Assembly (NCBI GenBank): GCA_963809365.1 | Contig: CAWEJR010000023.1 | Location: 97,390-161,389, forward strand | Direction: 5' to 3' | DNA length: 64,000 nt | From: an uncultured delta proteobacterium | GTDB taxonomy: Bacteria; Desulfobacterota; Desulfomonilia; Desulfomonilales; Desulfomonilaceae | Shown here: positions 20,882 through 30,317 of the stretch, piece by piece | How positions within the stretch are numbered: position 1 is the stretch's first letter | Layout of the letters: each line of letters begins with the position of its first letter | Notes under the pieces: model-generated | Databases searched by the model: none | The model's input: the letters and a program-made list of their open reading frames with translations, nothing else | Told to the model about the DNA's origin: nothing | Translations under genes and position numbers: made by a program

Positions 20882-20956
20882 CACCGCAGAGATCGCAGAG
20901 AACGCGGAGAAACATTTTCTGGGTTTTTCTCAGCGCCCTCTGCGATCTCTGCGGTG
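20882..20956. repeat. palindromic element, family A (CACCGCAGAG-ATCGCAGAGAACGC...)
   Basis: Perfect 19-bp inverted arms CACCGCAGAGATCGCAGAG / CTCTGCGATCTCTGCGGTG. Related copy at 30318-30472. Confidence 0.7.
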
Positions 20957-21033
20957 AAATATTTCTTGTCTTCCTAGGCGAAGTGCGCCGCATGACTGAA
21001 TGATTGCCGCTCGCTCGGTTCCACCGAAATCAA

Positions 21034-21993
21034 TCATCCGCCATCTTCAGCAGGATCTTGAAGTTGTCCGGGCTTTTGAGACTCGCGGAAGGCTTCCTCA
21101 GCCTGATCCATTGGGAAGATCCCTGAAATCAGCGGAGTAGGATCGACCAGACCCGATTCCATCAGCCTCAGGGCCGGGCCGAACTGCCCGCATCGAGACC
21201 CTACAACGGTGATTTCATCAATGACCAGAGGAGCAGGATTGAAATTCAGGCTCCCATGGTACGTGCTCTTGAGAACAATGATACCCCGAGGCTTCACCCG
21301 GCTGACCGCGAGCTCCCAGCCTGACGGGTGGCCGGAAGCCTCGACTACCACGTCAAAACGGTCGTCGTCGGCACAAAACTCATCAAGGGAAATTGCCGAT
21401 CCCTGCATATCGGTAAAAAGTTTCATCTTCTCCGGGTGCTTTCCCACCAACACCAGGTCGCATCCGGTGAGGCGGAGCACCATGCATATTAGCAGCCCCA
21501 ACTTGCCGTCCCCGATGACTGCAACGCGGTGGTCGGGTTGTATCTTCACCTGTTCGAGGATTTCCAACGCGGCTGCCAGGGGTTCCGTGAACACTGCTTT
21601 CTCATCGGAGAGAGCAGGGGGCACTGGCAGGAGGTTCGATGCCGGCAGAGTGAGGTATTCAGCCATGGCTCCGTCACGTCCCAGGATGCCCAGAACAGTC
21701 CTGTGTCGGCAGTGCCGCTCCAAGCCTTTTCTGCAGAAAGAGCATTCCCCGCACCCGGCATTTATTTCCCCCACAACCCGAACACCAACCTGCTGAGGGT
21801 CAGACGATCGCTCTACTGTTCCGACGAACTCGTGTCCGGGCACCCCGCGAAAGCTCATGTAACCTTTCACGATCTCCACGTCGGTTTTGCAAATGCCTGC
21901 CATCCGAACCTTCACAAGGGCCTCGTCCGGTAACGGATTGGGCACGGGCACATCTTGGAGAGACAGCTTTTCCTCAAAGACGAGCGCTTTCAT
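21034..21993 (-). CDS. zinc-dependent alcohol dehydrogenase-family (MDR) oxidoreductase
   Basis: 319 aa. Catalytic GHEFVGTV and structural-Zn motif CGECSFCRKGLERHC. Confidence 0.8.
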   Translation of the reverse strand: MKALVFEEKLSLQDVPVPNPLPDEALVKVRMAGICKTDVEIVKGYMSFRGVPGHEFVGTVERSSDPQQVGVRVVGEINAGCGECSFCRKGLERHCRHRTVLGILGRDGAMAEYLTLPASNLLPVPPALSDEKAVFTEPLAAALEILEQVKIQPDHRVAVIGDGKLGLLICMVLRLTGCDLVLVGKHPEKMKLFTDMQGSAISLDEFCADDDRFDVVVEASGHPSGWELAVSRVKPRGIIVLKSTYHGSLNFNPAPLVIDEITVVGSRCGQFGPALRLMESGLVDPTPLISGIFPMDQAEEAFRESQKPGQLQDPAEDGG

Positions 21994-22040
21994 GGTCTTG
22001 TTTGCCCCTCATGCCAGTCTGTTTTCAAACCAGGAAGAAT

Positions 22041-22206
22041 CGGGGAGACCCTTCTTGTAAGAAGGTCCTCCCCGAACCCCTCCCCAAGAACTTCTAGCAT
22101 TTGCCGGAATCCTCATTTCCTTGCAGGAAAAATGAGGATTCCGGCAAAGTGTTAGAGTTTCCTGGAGAAGCATTGGCGAACCGTCTTTACAAAAAGGAGA
22201 TTCCCC
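22041..22206. repeat. cluster of palindromic REP-like elements (family B copy, a 16-bp-stem hairpin, and a family B half-site)
   Basis: 22041-22074 CGGGGAGACCCTTCTTGTAAGAAGGTCCTCCCCG. 22103-22145 has a perfect 16-bp stem GCCGGAATCCTCATTT/AAATGAGGATTCCGGC. 22182-22206 is a half-site. Confidence 0.65.
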
Positions 22207-22241
22207 AATCCTTACGGCTTTGAATACGGATTCGCATCACG

Positions 22242-22676
22242 TCACTTTTCTGATTTTTCACTGCCCATAATCTGTACGACAAGCGATCTGGTTCTGGATC
22301 TGTTGTCAAAGTCGAGGAAAACCACCTGCTGCCACGTCCCGAGGCACAGCTTGCCGTCCACAATGGGGATGCTCAGAGAGGGCTTCATCAGTGCCGCGCG
22401 GACGTGGGAAAAGCCATTGCCGTCTCCCCAACGCAGATTGTGAGCATATTCCATGTCCATGGGAGCAATACGATCCAAAGCTTGCTTGAGGTCACTGACG
22501 GCCCCGGATTCGTATTCGATCGTTGTAACAGCCCCGGTTGAGCCGGAAATGATGACCGTCAGCAGGCCGTCCCTGACCCGGGATTCCGCCAGGAATTTTT
22601 CAAGGTCCGGGGTTATATCCGTGCAATCGGTGAACCCCTTTGTACGGAGCTTAATTGAAGCATTGTATATGATCAT
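22242..22676 (-). CDS. YjbQ/UPF0047-family protein (secondary thiamine-phosphate synthase-like)
   Basis: 144 aa with family-like blocks GLLTVIISGSTGAVTTIEYE and NGFSHVRAALMKPS. Confidence 0.7.
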   Translation of the reverse strand: MIIYNASIKLRTKGFTDCTDITPDLEKFLAESRVRDGLLTVIISGSTGAVTTIEYESGAVSDLKQALDRIAPMDMEYAHNLRWGDGNGFSHVRAALMKPSLSIPIVDGKLCLGTWQQVVFLDFDNRSRTRSLVVQIMGSEKSEK

Positions 22677-22788
22677 CTTCTGTCCTTTGTAGCATAAAAA
22701 TAGCCGAAATATATGTTATAGAAAGGTACCGATTTCAAGGGGCCGTCACCCCCAGTGCAGAAAGCGGGAGACCCCATCAAAGTAGAAG

Positions 22789-23802
22789 GTGCGCATGAAA
22801 GTGGGCAAAGACTTGATCATAGTTACCGGTGGAGCCGGATTCATTGGCAGCAACATTGTTAAGGCCCTTAATGAGGCCGGGGAAGAGAACATTCTCATCG
22901 TCGACCGTCTTGGAAAGGCCGATAAATGGAAAAATCTGCTCGATTTGAAGTTCCTCGATTACGAACACAAGGATGATTTCCTCATAAAGCTGGAGCGAGG
23001 AATGTTCGATCACGGCGTATGGGCCGTGTTCCACATGGGAGCCTGCAGTTCGACCACGGAAAAAGATGCGGACTACCTCATGGAAAACAACTACTGGTTT
23101 TCCCGCAGGCTGGCTTCGAGGTACATGGGGAAAAAGGGGCTGCGCTTTATCTATGCATCCAGTGCGGCCACGTACGGGGATGGCCGGCAGGGGTATTCCG
23201 ATGACCACGAGTCCATGCACGGGCTGCGCCCATTGAACATGTACGGCTACTCGAAGCAGATTTTCGATCTGTGGGCGCTCAATACAGGTTTCCTGGAGAA
23301 CGCTGTGGGCCTCAAATACTTTAACGTGTTCGGTCCCAACGAGTATCACAAAGAAGACATGCGAAGCGTGGCGATCAGGTCTTACTTTCAGGCCAAAAAA
23401 AAGGGAAGGGTAAAGCTCTTCAAGTCCTATAGGCCTGAATACGGCGATGGAGAGCAGTGTCGTGATTTCATATATGTGAAGGACGCGGTGAAGATTACGC
23501 TGCACTTTCTGGAGAAACCGGAGATAAACGGGATATTCAACGCGGGCACAGGTTCGCCACGCAATTTTAAAGACCTGGCCGCAGCGGTATTTTCAGCACT
23601 CGGGACCGAACCCCAAATAAAATATATCGACATGCCGGAAGGTCTTGAAAAGCGATATCAGTATTACACCTGCGCTCAATCAGAGAAGCTGCGTAAGGCA
23701 GGATTTGAGGACGACTTCTTGAGCCTGGAGGCCGCGGTGAATGACTATGTGACAAACTACCTGGAAAAAGATGAGCGCGGGGAAGTGGAAGCCGGGACTT
23801 GA
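22789..23802 (+). CDS. hldD: ADP-L-glycero-D-manno-heptose 6-epimerase
   Basis: LIIVTGGAGFIGSNIVKALN... is nearly identical to the remembered E. coli RfaD/HldD N-terminus. The SDR fold continues through the protein. The exact start (22789, 22795 or 22813) is uncertain. Confidence 0.9.
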   Translation: MRMKVGKDLIIVTGGAGFIGSNIVKALNEAGEENILIVDRLGKADKWKNLLDLKFLDYEHKDDFLIKLERGMFDHGVWAVFHMGACSSTTEKDADYLMENNYWFSRRLASRYMGKKGLRFIYASSAATYGDGRQGYSDDHESMHGLRPLNMYGYSKQIFDLWALNTGFLENAVGLKYFNVFGPNEYHKEDMRSVAIRSYFQAKKKGRVKLFKSYRPEYGDGEQCRDFIYVKDAVKITLHFLEKPEINGIFNAGTGSPRNFKDLAAAVFSALGTEPQIKYIDMPEGLEKRYQYYTCAQSEKLRKAGFEDDFLSLEAAVNDYVTNYLEKDERGEVEAGT

Positions 23803-24344
23803 TTGACTCATGCCGCTCCCCTTTTACGCCTTCCCCTCTTCATTGTGCGGCGAACATTATTTGATTCGATAACCACGCAAAGCTACTGACCAATCGTTTA
23901 GCCTCTCCCTGCGTCATCACCATCTTGGATATGTAATAAAACCAGAATGTTGCAGAGGTTTTTCATTGAATCATTGATTCGCGGCGGTTTTTTGGTATAC
24001 TAAAATTAGAAGGTCGAAGAAAGTTAGTACGATTGCCCAGCCAAATCTCCGCGGCTGGATTCTCATTCATGCCTTTTCCCAGACTAGTTTGATGACACGA
24101 ACCGCTGGAGGGAGAGAGCCCAGTAGGCTCCGGCCCATCTCCTCCCAAACTTACGGAGTGGTGCCCCGAAATCCCAGAGTCAGTATCGGCCGCATCAACG
24201 GCTTGCCACGCGATTAGTTCTCAACAGCACTAAAGAAAGTCCATTTCTCAAAATTTACCACCCGGTCTCTTGGAATATCTACTTCGGTTTACACCCAGGT
24301 CCATTGGAGTCTGTCATTTTCACTTCGATGAAAGGAGAGTACGT

Positions 24345-25223
24345 ATGATTGAAACTGAAGAGCAGCGGCGCTGGTGGTTCGCCACTCATCCGGAGTATAG
24401 CTGGAGCCGCAGAGGAATTAGAGGCGACGCGGAGCGAGAAGGGATGACGACAAGGTAGATCCGGAAGAAGTTGACAGCGTACGTGGACGAGGCCCTGAAA
24501 TACGAGACAGGAGCCGTCGCCGATCTGCTGAAGTCCGTGAAACGGAATTTCGGCACCGAGGCAGATTCACAGGAAGGAGGGCAAAACAAAGGCATATTGG
24601 CGGGTCACCGCGGAGAGAGTTCGGTGAGTCTCACGGGGTATCACGCTGATGGTGGCGTTTTCATGCCACGACTGCCCACCACGGAGGAACTTTCCCGGTG
24701 GCCCAAAGAGATGGTCAGACAGTTTCTTTCGAATGCTCGATGCAATGTTGCAAAACAATCCATTACTTATAGATCCGAACTCACTGGAACGCCATCATGC
24801 ACTGCCCAGGAAATTCGTAAATTATTTTCTGGACTGTGGCTTAAGAATCGAGGATTTTATAATGATAATGCGGGCAGCCGACCATCGACTCAAACCTGAT
24901 GGTTTGCACACCGGAAAGGGACGAGGCGGGGACTGGAATAAGCGAATGGGACGAGTTTATCGAGGACACACCCGCTCAAGAATACCCCGAAACATAAAAA
25001 GCGAGTTAAGGAGCAATTGGACGAAATGATAGAGAAGTATGGAATCGACAAGAAAAGCTCTTCTATCGCATCCAAAACCGAAGCGAAAGTAAGCCTCACG
25101 CAATTTGCGGGCAGCCGGAGTGGGAGAGTCGATTCGGCCGGGCCGAATGGAGCGATAAAGTGGGTGGACTTTCCAGCGGCTGACTTGCCTTGCCCGTCAG
25201 TAGCCCGAGACAGTGTCGGGTAG
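24345..25223 (+). pseudogene. disrupted polymorphic-toxin-like protein with HNH/EndoVII-type C-terminal module
   Basis: AAAGGAGAG SD plus ATG. The reading frame is broken by an in-frame TAG (24456-24458) and three +1 shifts. The reconstructed C-terminus is ...LERHHALPRKF...DHRLKPDGLHTGKGRGGDWNKRWDEFIEDTPAQEYPE.HKKRVKEQLDEMIEKYGI. Confidence 0.5.
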
Positions 25224-25261
25224 GGCTCCTACGAGAAAATAGCCGAGGCCAAAGGGTCCAA

Positions 25262-26094
25262 ATGAAGCGAATCGAGAAGCGTTCTAAGCCGGAACCTGGG
25301 GAGCCAAATTCACGACCGACAGCAACGGATGCGGCTCGGCGTTTGGTGATCCTAAAATACGTTGTGGGCCGGCGCTCGCCGCTCCGCCGCGTGAGATCGT
25401 AAAGGAATGGTTTGACAAGTGGTCCTCAGACGCGCGCGATGAATTCACCCACTTTGCCGAAGAGCAAAACAAAGGATTTTGGCAAGAGTTTCACGATGCG
25501 GATTGGTGGCAGTATTTCTCCCCGTGGGAACAGCAATACGCTTCTCGCACGATCGTCACTATGACACACGAGGAACAGGTTGAGGCTTCATGGCGGGTCG
25601 AGGCCGTCCAGGTTCTGATGTGGGCGTTAGGTTTACTTTCGGAATTGCCGCCTTACGACGAAATGGCCGACCACGATCTGCTCAAGTCTATTCCGCAAGA
25701 GAATTTGCTAGATCTTGTCGCGTCAGCAAAACTGCGACCACAGGTCGAAATTGAACGAGCACGCGATATCGCCGAATTTTGGCACTGGAGGGCCGTTACC
25801 CAGTACTTAATCGAGTCCGGCGAAGAATTAAAGCCCGATGAGAAGCTCAAGGCGCTAGGGTTTCACTCATACGACGACATAGTCCGTTTCTCCGCACGCA
25901 AAGGGGCCGAAGAGGGCACCATACCCCCGTGCATCGGCGACGATTTCCCAGCACGTGGCAAGGCTTATCGTGACTTGCCCCCAGAGGAGTGGTTCGAGGT
26001 GCGATCTATTGCTGTCCAGCGCCACTTCACCCTCAACTGGCTCTGCGGATATGCACCTGGGAACAGATGGGACGAGACACCGACAGACACGTGA
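25262..26094 (+). pseudogene. DUF4272-like protein, frameshifted (possible immunity partner)
   Basis: N-terminal part MKRIEKRS...AARRLVILKYVVG continues in another frame as ...PPREIVKEWFDKW...EASWRVEAVQVLMWALGL.... The DUF4272 assignment is from memory only. Confidence 0.4.
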
Positions 26095-26217
26095 GAAAGC
26101 TGCTTCACACTTCACTTCTGTGTAAGTGTCAGGAGGTCGCAGGTGAAACCCAGTCGCGCCTGACCAGAAAAGATGATCAAAATCGTCGAGTCACCAATGC
26201 CGATGCGACTGTTTTTC

Positions 26218-26255
26218 TCATTTATACGAACTGCCGCTGTAAAAATCCGGATGGG
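26218..26255 (-). other. fragment homologous to the 3' end of the PAS/Cys-motif gene at 28650-29900
   Basis: TTTATACGAACTGCCGCTGTAAAAATCCGGATGGG compared with TTTATACGAACCGCTACTATAAAAATCCGGATACA at 28653-28688. Confidence 0.5.
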
Positions 26256-27044
26256 GGTATCCGGTTGACTCAACCTACCACTAGGGGTAGTGTGCGGCGA
26301 TGGAAGACTACTCCTAGAACGACTACCGAGCTTGAAAAGCGGTTATCTTCTGAAGAGGCGCGTCGTGAGCCCCTTATTCGTTGCGTTGGCCCCGTGGGTC
26401 TCGTTGTCCACATTGTGGGCAAGACGTTGCCTGGAATACCTCCGGGGTTTACGATTGTGCCGCAGAATGCCGTTCTCAGATTTCTTCGGTCGCCAAGTCT
26501 TTCTTGATAGGTTCAAAGGACAAACTATGACGTTGGTTAGATAGCGAGTGTGATCTTTATTACCATGGTGAAAATGGTGCTCACCGACGGAGAAATTCTC
26601 GGGGATGATGGTCGATAGTTTACTGAAATAGACAGGTCCACGGGTCTGGATTTATTCGGCTGCATCTCGGTATATCTTCTTCCGCAGTCTTATGACCAGC
26701 TCGTCATAACTGATCAAAGGCTCTCCAGCTCATTCGTCGAAGCTTTTGAGTCGGTACTACCTTCAACGTCGTGTGCAACCGTGGCTTCATCCTGAGAGGC
26801 TCGTTGACAGGCTTAGACTAGGTGCTGTGCACATGTTACCACTCATTAATTCTGGGAGACATCATACTTAATTTTCAGTGGCGTCATACTGACCGCGCGT
26901 TAGCAGCTTTGCTACTGACTGAACCTTCAGTCGGAGCGCCTTAGACCAACTCGGGGTACCAAATACGCTGCGGTGCTAGCTTCCCGCTTGCAAATGGTGG
27001 CTGTCGGTGCCTATGGTACCTCCAAATCGGGATGCAACTTAGAC

Positions 27045-27175
27045 GCGCAACCGGGGCATATACTATCGCTGAAATCAGCTTCTGAATGCTCGCGATCTGG
27101 ATACTCCAACCTTATTCCCAGTAGCCTTTGTCATCTGCGTTAGAGGCTTGCACGACTCGCGAGCATCGGCGGCAT
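27045..27175 (-). pseudogene. decayed C-terminal Cys-motif module (paralog remnant of 28650-29900)
   Basis: DNA similarity to 28690-28800. The reverse translation gives ...ADDKGYWE*...EYPDREHSEADFSDSICP, with stops and frameshifts. Confidence 0.6.
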
Positions 27176-27280
27176 GTCACGTAGGCTGAGGTGACCAAGG
27201 GGAACCGCGTCGTTGGCCTTACACGGAGTCTTTTCGCGACCGATGCGGTTCGTCCCGCGTGACGCGGGATTCACCGCATC

Positions 27281-28489
27281 CTAGCCTTGGCTAATGATTG
27301 AGCCAGCGGCCAGGAGAAAACCATCTCTTCCCTGCCTCGCCAGCAAAGACAAACCAATAGGAACTCCTGAGACGTCGGCCACCGGCAAGGTCACCTGCGG
27401 TAGGCGCCCTATCCCGGCAACGGCTGTCAGCGAAAGCGTCCTGGGATAGTAGTCACCGGTGGTGCGGTCGAGTCCCAGAGTGCCTTTAATTGGAGCCAGC
27501 GCCGGGGTGGTGGGCATGCACAGAAGATCATTGGGGCCGAGGAACTTGTTCAAAAGCGAAAAATAGTCCTCTCTTTGACGAACGGCCTTCACGATCGCCG
27601 CACGGTCCATGTTTTTGACAAACTCGAAGTTCATTTTGGTTGTTGGGCCGAATTCAGGCTTGGCCTCTTCCACCCAGGATCCCAGACAGCTCCAGATCTC
27701 AGCCCACTGGACGTGGTAATAAGTGTTACACCAGCCCTTCAGCCCTGATTCAGAGGCTTGTTCGCCAATATCCTTCAAAGAAGTTTTCTCGACTTTTCCT
27801 GAAAAAATGGTCTTTATCAGGTCGACAGGTTTGGCCAATGCATCCTGTACTTCGGCATCGGAAATAGCGAAGGCTTCTTCGAGCAAATGCACCGCGCCGA
27901 TGTCAAAGCTGGAGGGAATGTCGCAGGCCAATAATACTGAAGCCGCCTTTGCCAGCACCTCGATACTGCAAGCCAGGACACCCACTGTGTCAAAGGAGGG
28001 AGCGAAAGGATTGACTCCTGCTATTGAAATCCTGCCGTGGCTGGGGCGCATTCCGAAGATCCCGCAATTACTCGCAGGCACCCTTACCGAACCGCCCGTG
28101 TCGGTACCGAGCGCAAAATCAACTATTCCGCAAGCCACAGCAGAGGCAGATCCGCAGGATGATCCGCCTGGAACGCGATCCGGGGCTCTGGGATTCAATG
28201 GCGTGCCATAGAAGAAGTTCTCGCCACTTAGCCCGAAGCCGAGTTCGTCTGTGATCGTTTTCCCGACACATTCGGCGCCTGCCAAGAGAAGCTGATCCAC
28301 GCATACCGCGTTCGTAGCCGCCTTCGGATGGGTATCACGCCAGGTGGGATTCCCGCAGGAAGTCTTGTAGCCCTCCAGGTCGATGAGATCTTTAACGGCA
28401 AACCGCAAGCCGGTCAAAATCCCTGAGCCCTTGGGTTCGATAACCATCGTTTCAACGAAAGCCTTGGATTCTTCAATGCTGTACGGCAT
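27281..28489 (-). CDS. amidase-signature family amidase
   Basis: 402 aa with the Gly/Ser-rich signature GGSSCGSASAVACG...GTDTGGSVRVPA. Confidence 0.85.
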   Translation of the reverse strand: MPYSIEESKAFVETMVIEPKGSGILTGLRFAVKDLIDLEGYKTSCGNPTWRDTHPKAATNAVCVDQLLLAGAECVGKTITDELGFGLSGENFFYGTPLNPRAPDRVPGGSSCGSASAVACGIVDFALGTDTGGSVRVPASNCGIFGMRPSHGRISIAGVNPFAPSFDTVGVLACSIEVLAKAASVLLACDIPSSFDIGAVHLLEEAFAISDAEVQDALAKPVDLIKTIFSGKVEKTSLKDIGEQASESGLKGWCNTYYHVQWAEIWSCLGSWVEEAKPEFGPTTKMNFEFVKNMDRAAIVKAVRQREDYFSLLNKFLGPNDLLCMPTTPALAPIKGTLGLDRTTGDYYPRTLSLTAVAGIGRLPQVTLPVADVSGVPIGLSLLARQGRDGFLLAAGSIISQG

Positions 28490-28520
28490 GAGCGCTCGGG
28501 GTGTAAGGTAGATCTAAAAT

Positions 28521-28645
28521 CGTAACCGTTCAACGGGGATTTGGCGACCGGCACGGAGGCCGGTCCTACCGGACTCATAGTAGGGCCGGCGTCCCTGCCG
28601 GCTATGCTTCAGACGGGGTAAACCGCTTTCCAGGTCAACGGTTAC
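28521..28645. repeat. ~125-bp structured REP/MITE-like element, family C, copy 1
   Basis: Terminal inverted repeat GTAACCGTTCAACGG...CAACGGTTAC. Internal palindromes GACCGGCACGGAGGCCGGTC and GGGCCGGCGTCCCTGCCGGC. Second copy at 35493-35617. Confidence 0.75.
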
Positions 28646-28649
28646 AACA

Positions 28650-29900
28650 CTATTTATACGAACCGCTACTATAAAAATCCGGATACAGCCTCGCCGCGCA
28701 ATCCGGGCATATACTATGGCTGAAATCAGCTTCGGAATGATCGCGAATGTATACTTCTACTTGAGTCCAGTAACCTTTATCATCGCGTATTTTCTTACAT
28801 GACGCGCAGATCGGCAACAGACCGCTCAGAGCCTTCACCTTTGCCAATGCTTCTTGCAGTTCCCCAACAAGTTTGGATAAATTCTTTTCGGCTCTTTCTC
28901 GCTCAGCGACCTCTTGTCTCAACTGTTCATTTGTTCGCGAGAGTTCAACAGTCCGTTCCTTCACCCTTTCTTCGAGTTTATCGCGGGCATTGCGCAGGTC
29001 TTCCTCCGCCTCCTTGCGGTGGGTTACGTCCTGCCTCATCACCCAGAACCCCATGAGATATTGGCCCTTCACATTGCCTACGAGCGTGGTTTCAAAGTAT
29101 CTTGTCAGCCCGTCGGGCTCGACCTCTTTTGTCTCAAAGGAATGAACAGGACAACCCTCTATCAGCCAGGAACTCAATTGGCTCGTGTAATCGCCATTCA
29201 GGGGCAACAACTGTTTCATCCGGACCCCCCTGAGGTCTTCTATGCCTTCTCCGCCGCCCATTCTGGCCAATTCGCCATTTCCACCAACCAATTTCGCCTC
29301 TGATAGAGAGTGCAACAACTCGGACACGGGCCTATTCCATGAAATCTGACGCGTAAGAACGAATTCGCCGATGCCAATCGGAAACACGTCAACTAATTGC
29401 TGATATTTGTTGCTTATTATGAGTTGTTTTCGTTCCGCGGTCAGGTCTTCGACTAGAGATAGAGCCAATCGCGAATCTTTGAATCGAATGGAACGTAGAT
29501 TTAGCCTGCACCAAAAGGGTTTCTCGGCTATCTCCACCAGGGCTTCGAAGAGTCCGTTCTTTCTGTGCGAAAAAATCCGGTTCACCTCCGACAAAGCCTG
29601 TTTACTGTCTGCCGGGTCCGGGAATAGGGATGAAAACTGGCGGCCAACAAGGGTCTCATCTCCATTGGCCATCTTTCTCGCCGCTTCGTTAGCGAAAACT
29701 ATGGAATGCCCGCCATCAATTAAGAGGGTCGGTATGGGCATTGCTTCCAATAATTTGCCGAAGGTGACGTTCTTGATTTTTCGAAAATCAAAGCTTCCTG
29801 ATGTGGTCACGTCTCGGGTGAAAACGCTGTCCAGGTCAATTGTTTGTGTGGCAAGCGGAGATACTCGGCAGGATGCCGGATTCGGCAAGAAGTTGGTCAC
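28650..29900 (-). CDS. PAS-domain sensor protein with coiled coil and C-terminal Cys-motif module (no canonical output domain)
   Basis: 416 aa. PAS-like segments, a heptad-rich EE/ER region, then LLPICASCKKIRDDKGYWTQVEVYIRDHSEADFSHSICPDCAARLYP. Confidence 0.75.
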   Translation of the reverse strand: MTNFLPNPASCRVSPLATQTIDLDSVFTRDVTTSGSFDFRKIKNVTFGKLLEAMPIPTLLIDGGHSIVFANEAARKMANGDETLVGRQFSSLFPDPADSKQALSEVNRIFSHRKNGLFEALVEIAEKPFWCRLNLRSIRFKDSRLALSLVEDLTAERKQLIISNKYQQLVDVFPIGIGEFVLTRQISWNRPVSELLHSLSEAKLVGGNGELARMGGGEGIEDLRGVRMKQLLPLNGDYTSQLSSWLIEGCPVHSFETKEVEPDGLTRYFETTLVGNVKGQYLMGFWVMRQDVTHRKEAEEDLRNARDKLEERVKERTVELSRTNEQLRQEVAERERAEKNLSKLVGELQEALAKVKALSGLLPICASCKKIRDDKGYWTQVEVYIRDHSEADFSHSICPDCAARLYPDFYSSGSYK

Positions 29901-30317
29901 GTTCTCTCGGTGTGCGTCGGCCCTTGTTGTCCATTAGGAACTTTCCCGCCCCGCGAAGAATAAATGGGTCGAACCCCTGTTTTCAGTGTTTTAATTTTGT
30001 CTGCTTGTTTCCCCGCGCCCTTTAGACAAGAAAAGGATTTGTTTTGAGGACGGTTCCGTATACGACGTGCCGTCATGGCAAGGTTAAATACACGATGTCG
30101 TTGGAAGGGTCAAGCAAAAAAGGAGTGGCTTAATTGCTGGCTATTTGTTCAACTACAGATAACGATTAGTATTTCCCAACGGCGTCCAGACGACATGTCT
30201 GTCCCACCACCCGACTTGACATTGTAACCCCGTAATCCTAACTTGCCCTTATGTCGCAGATACTTATGAACGACGTCAACCGTGTCTTTTGGTAAGCGTT
30301 CAGCGGGCAAGAAGGAC

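Noticed and set aside
22777-23505. 242-aa minus-strand ORF.
   Set aside because: It is antisense to hldD, whose translation matches E. coli RfaD closely.
24456-24458. In-frame TAG in the toxin-like gene, considered as a possible pyrrolysine codon.
   Set aside because: No pyl genes or methylamine methyltransferases are in view. The gene also carries several frameshifts, and the local stretch reads better in another frame, so an error or nonsense mutation is far more likely.
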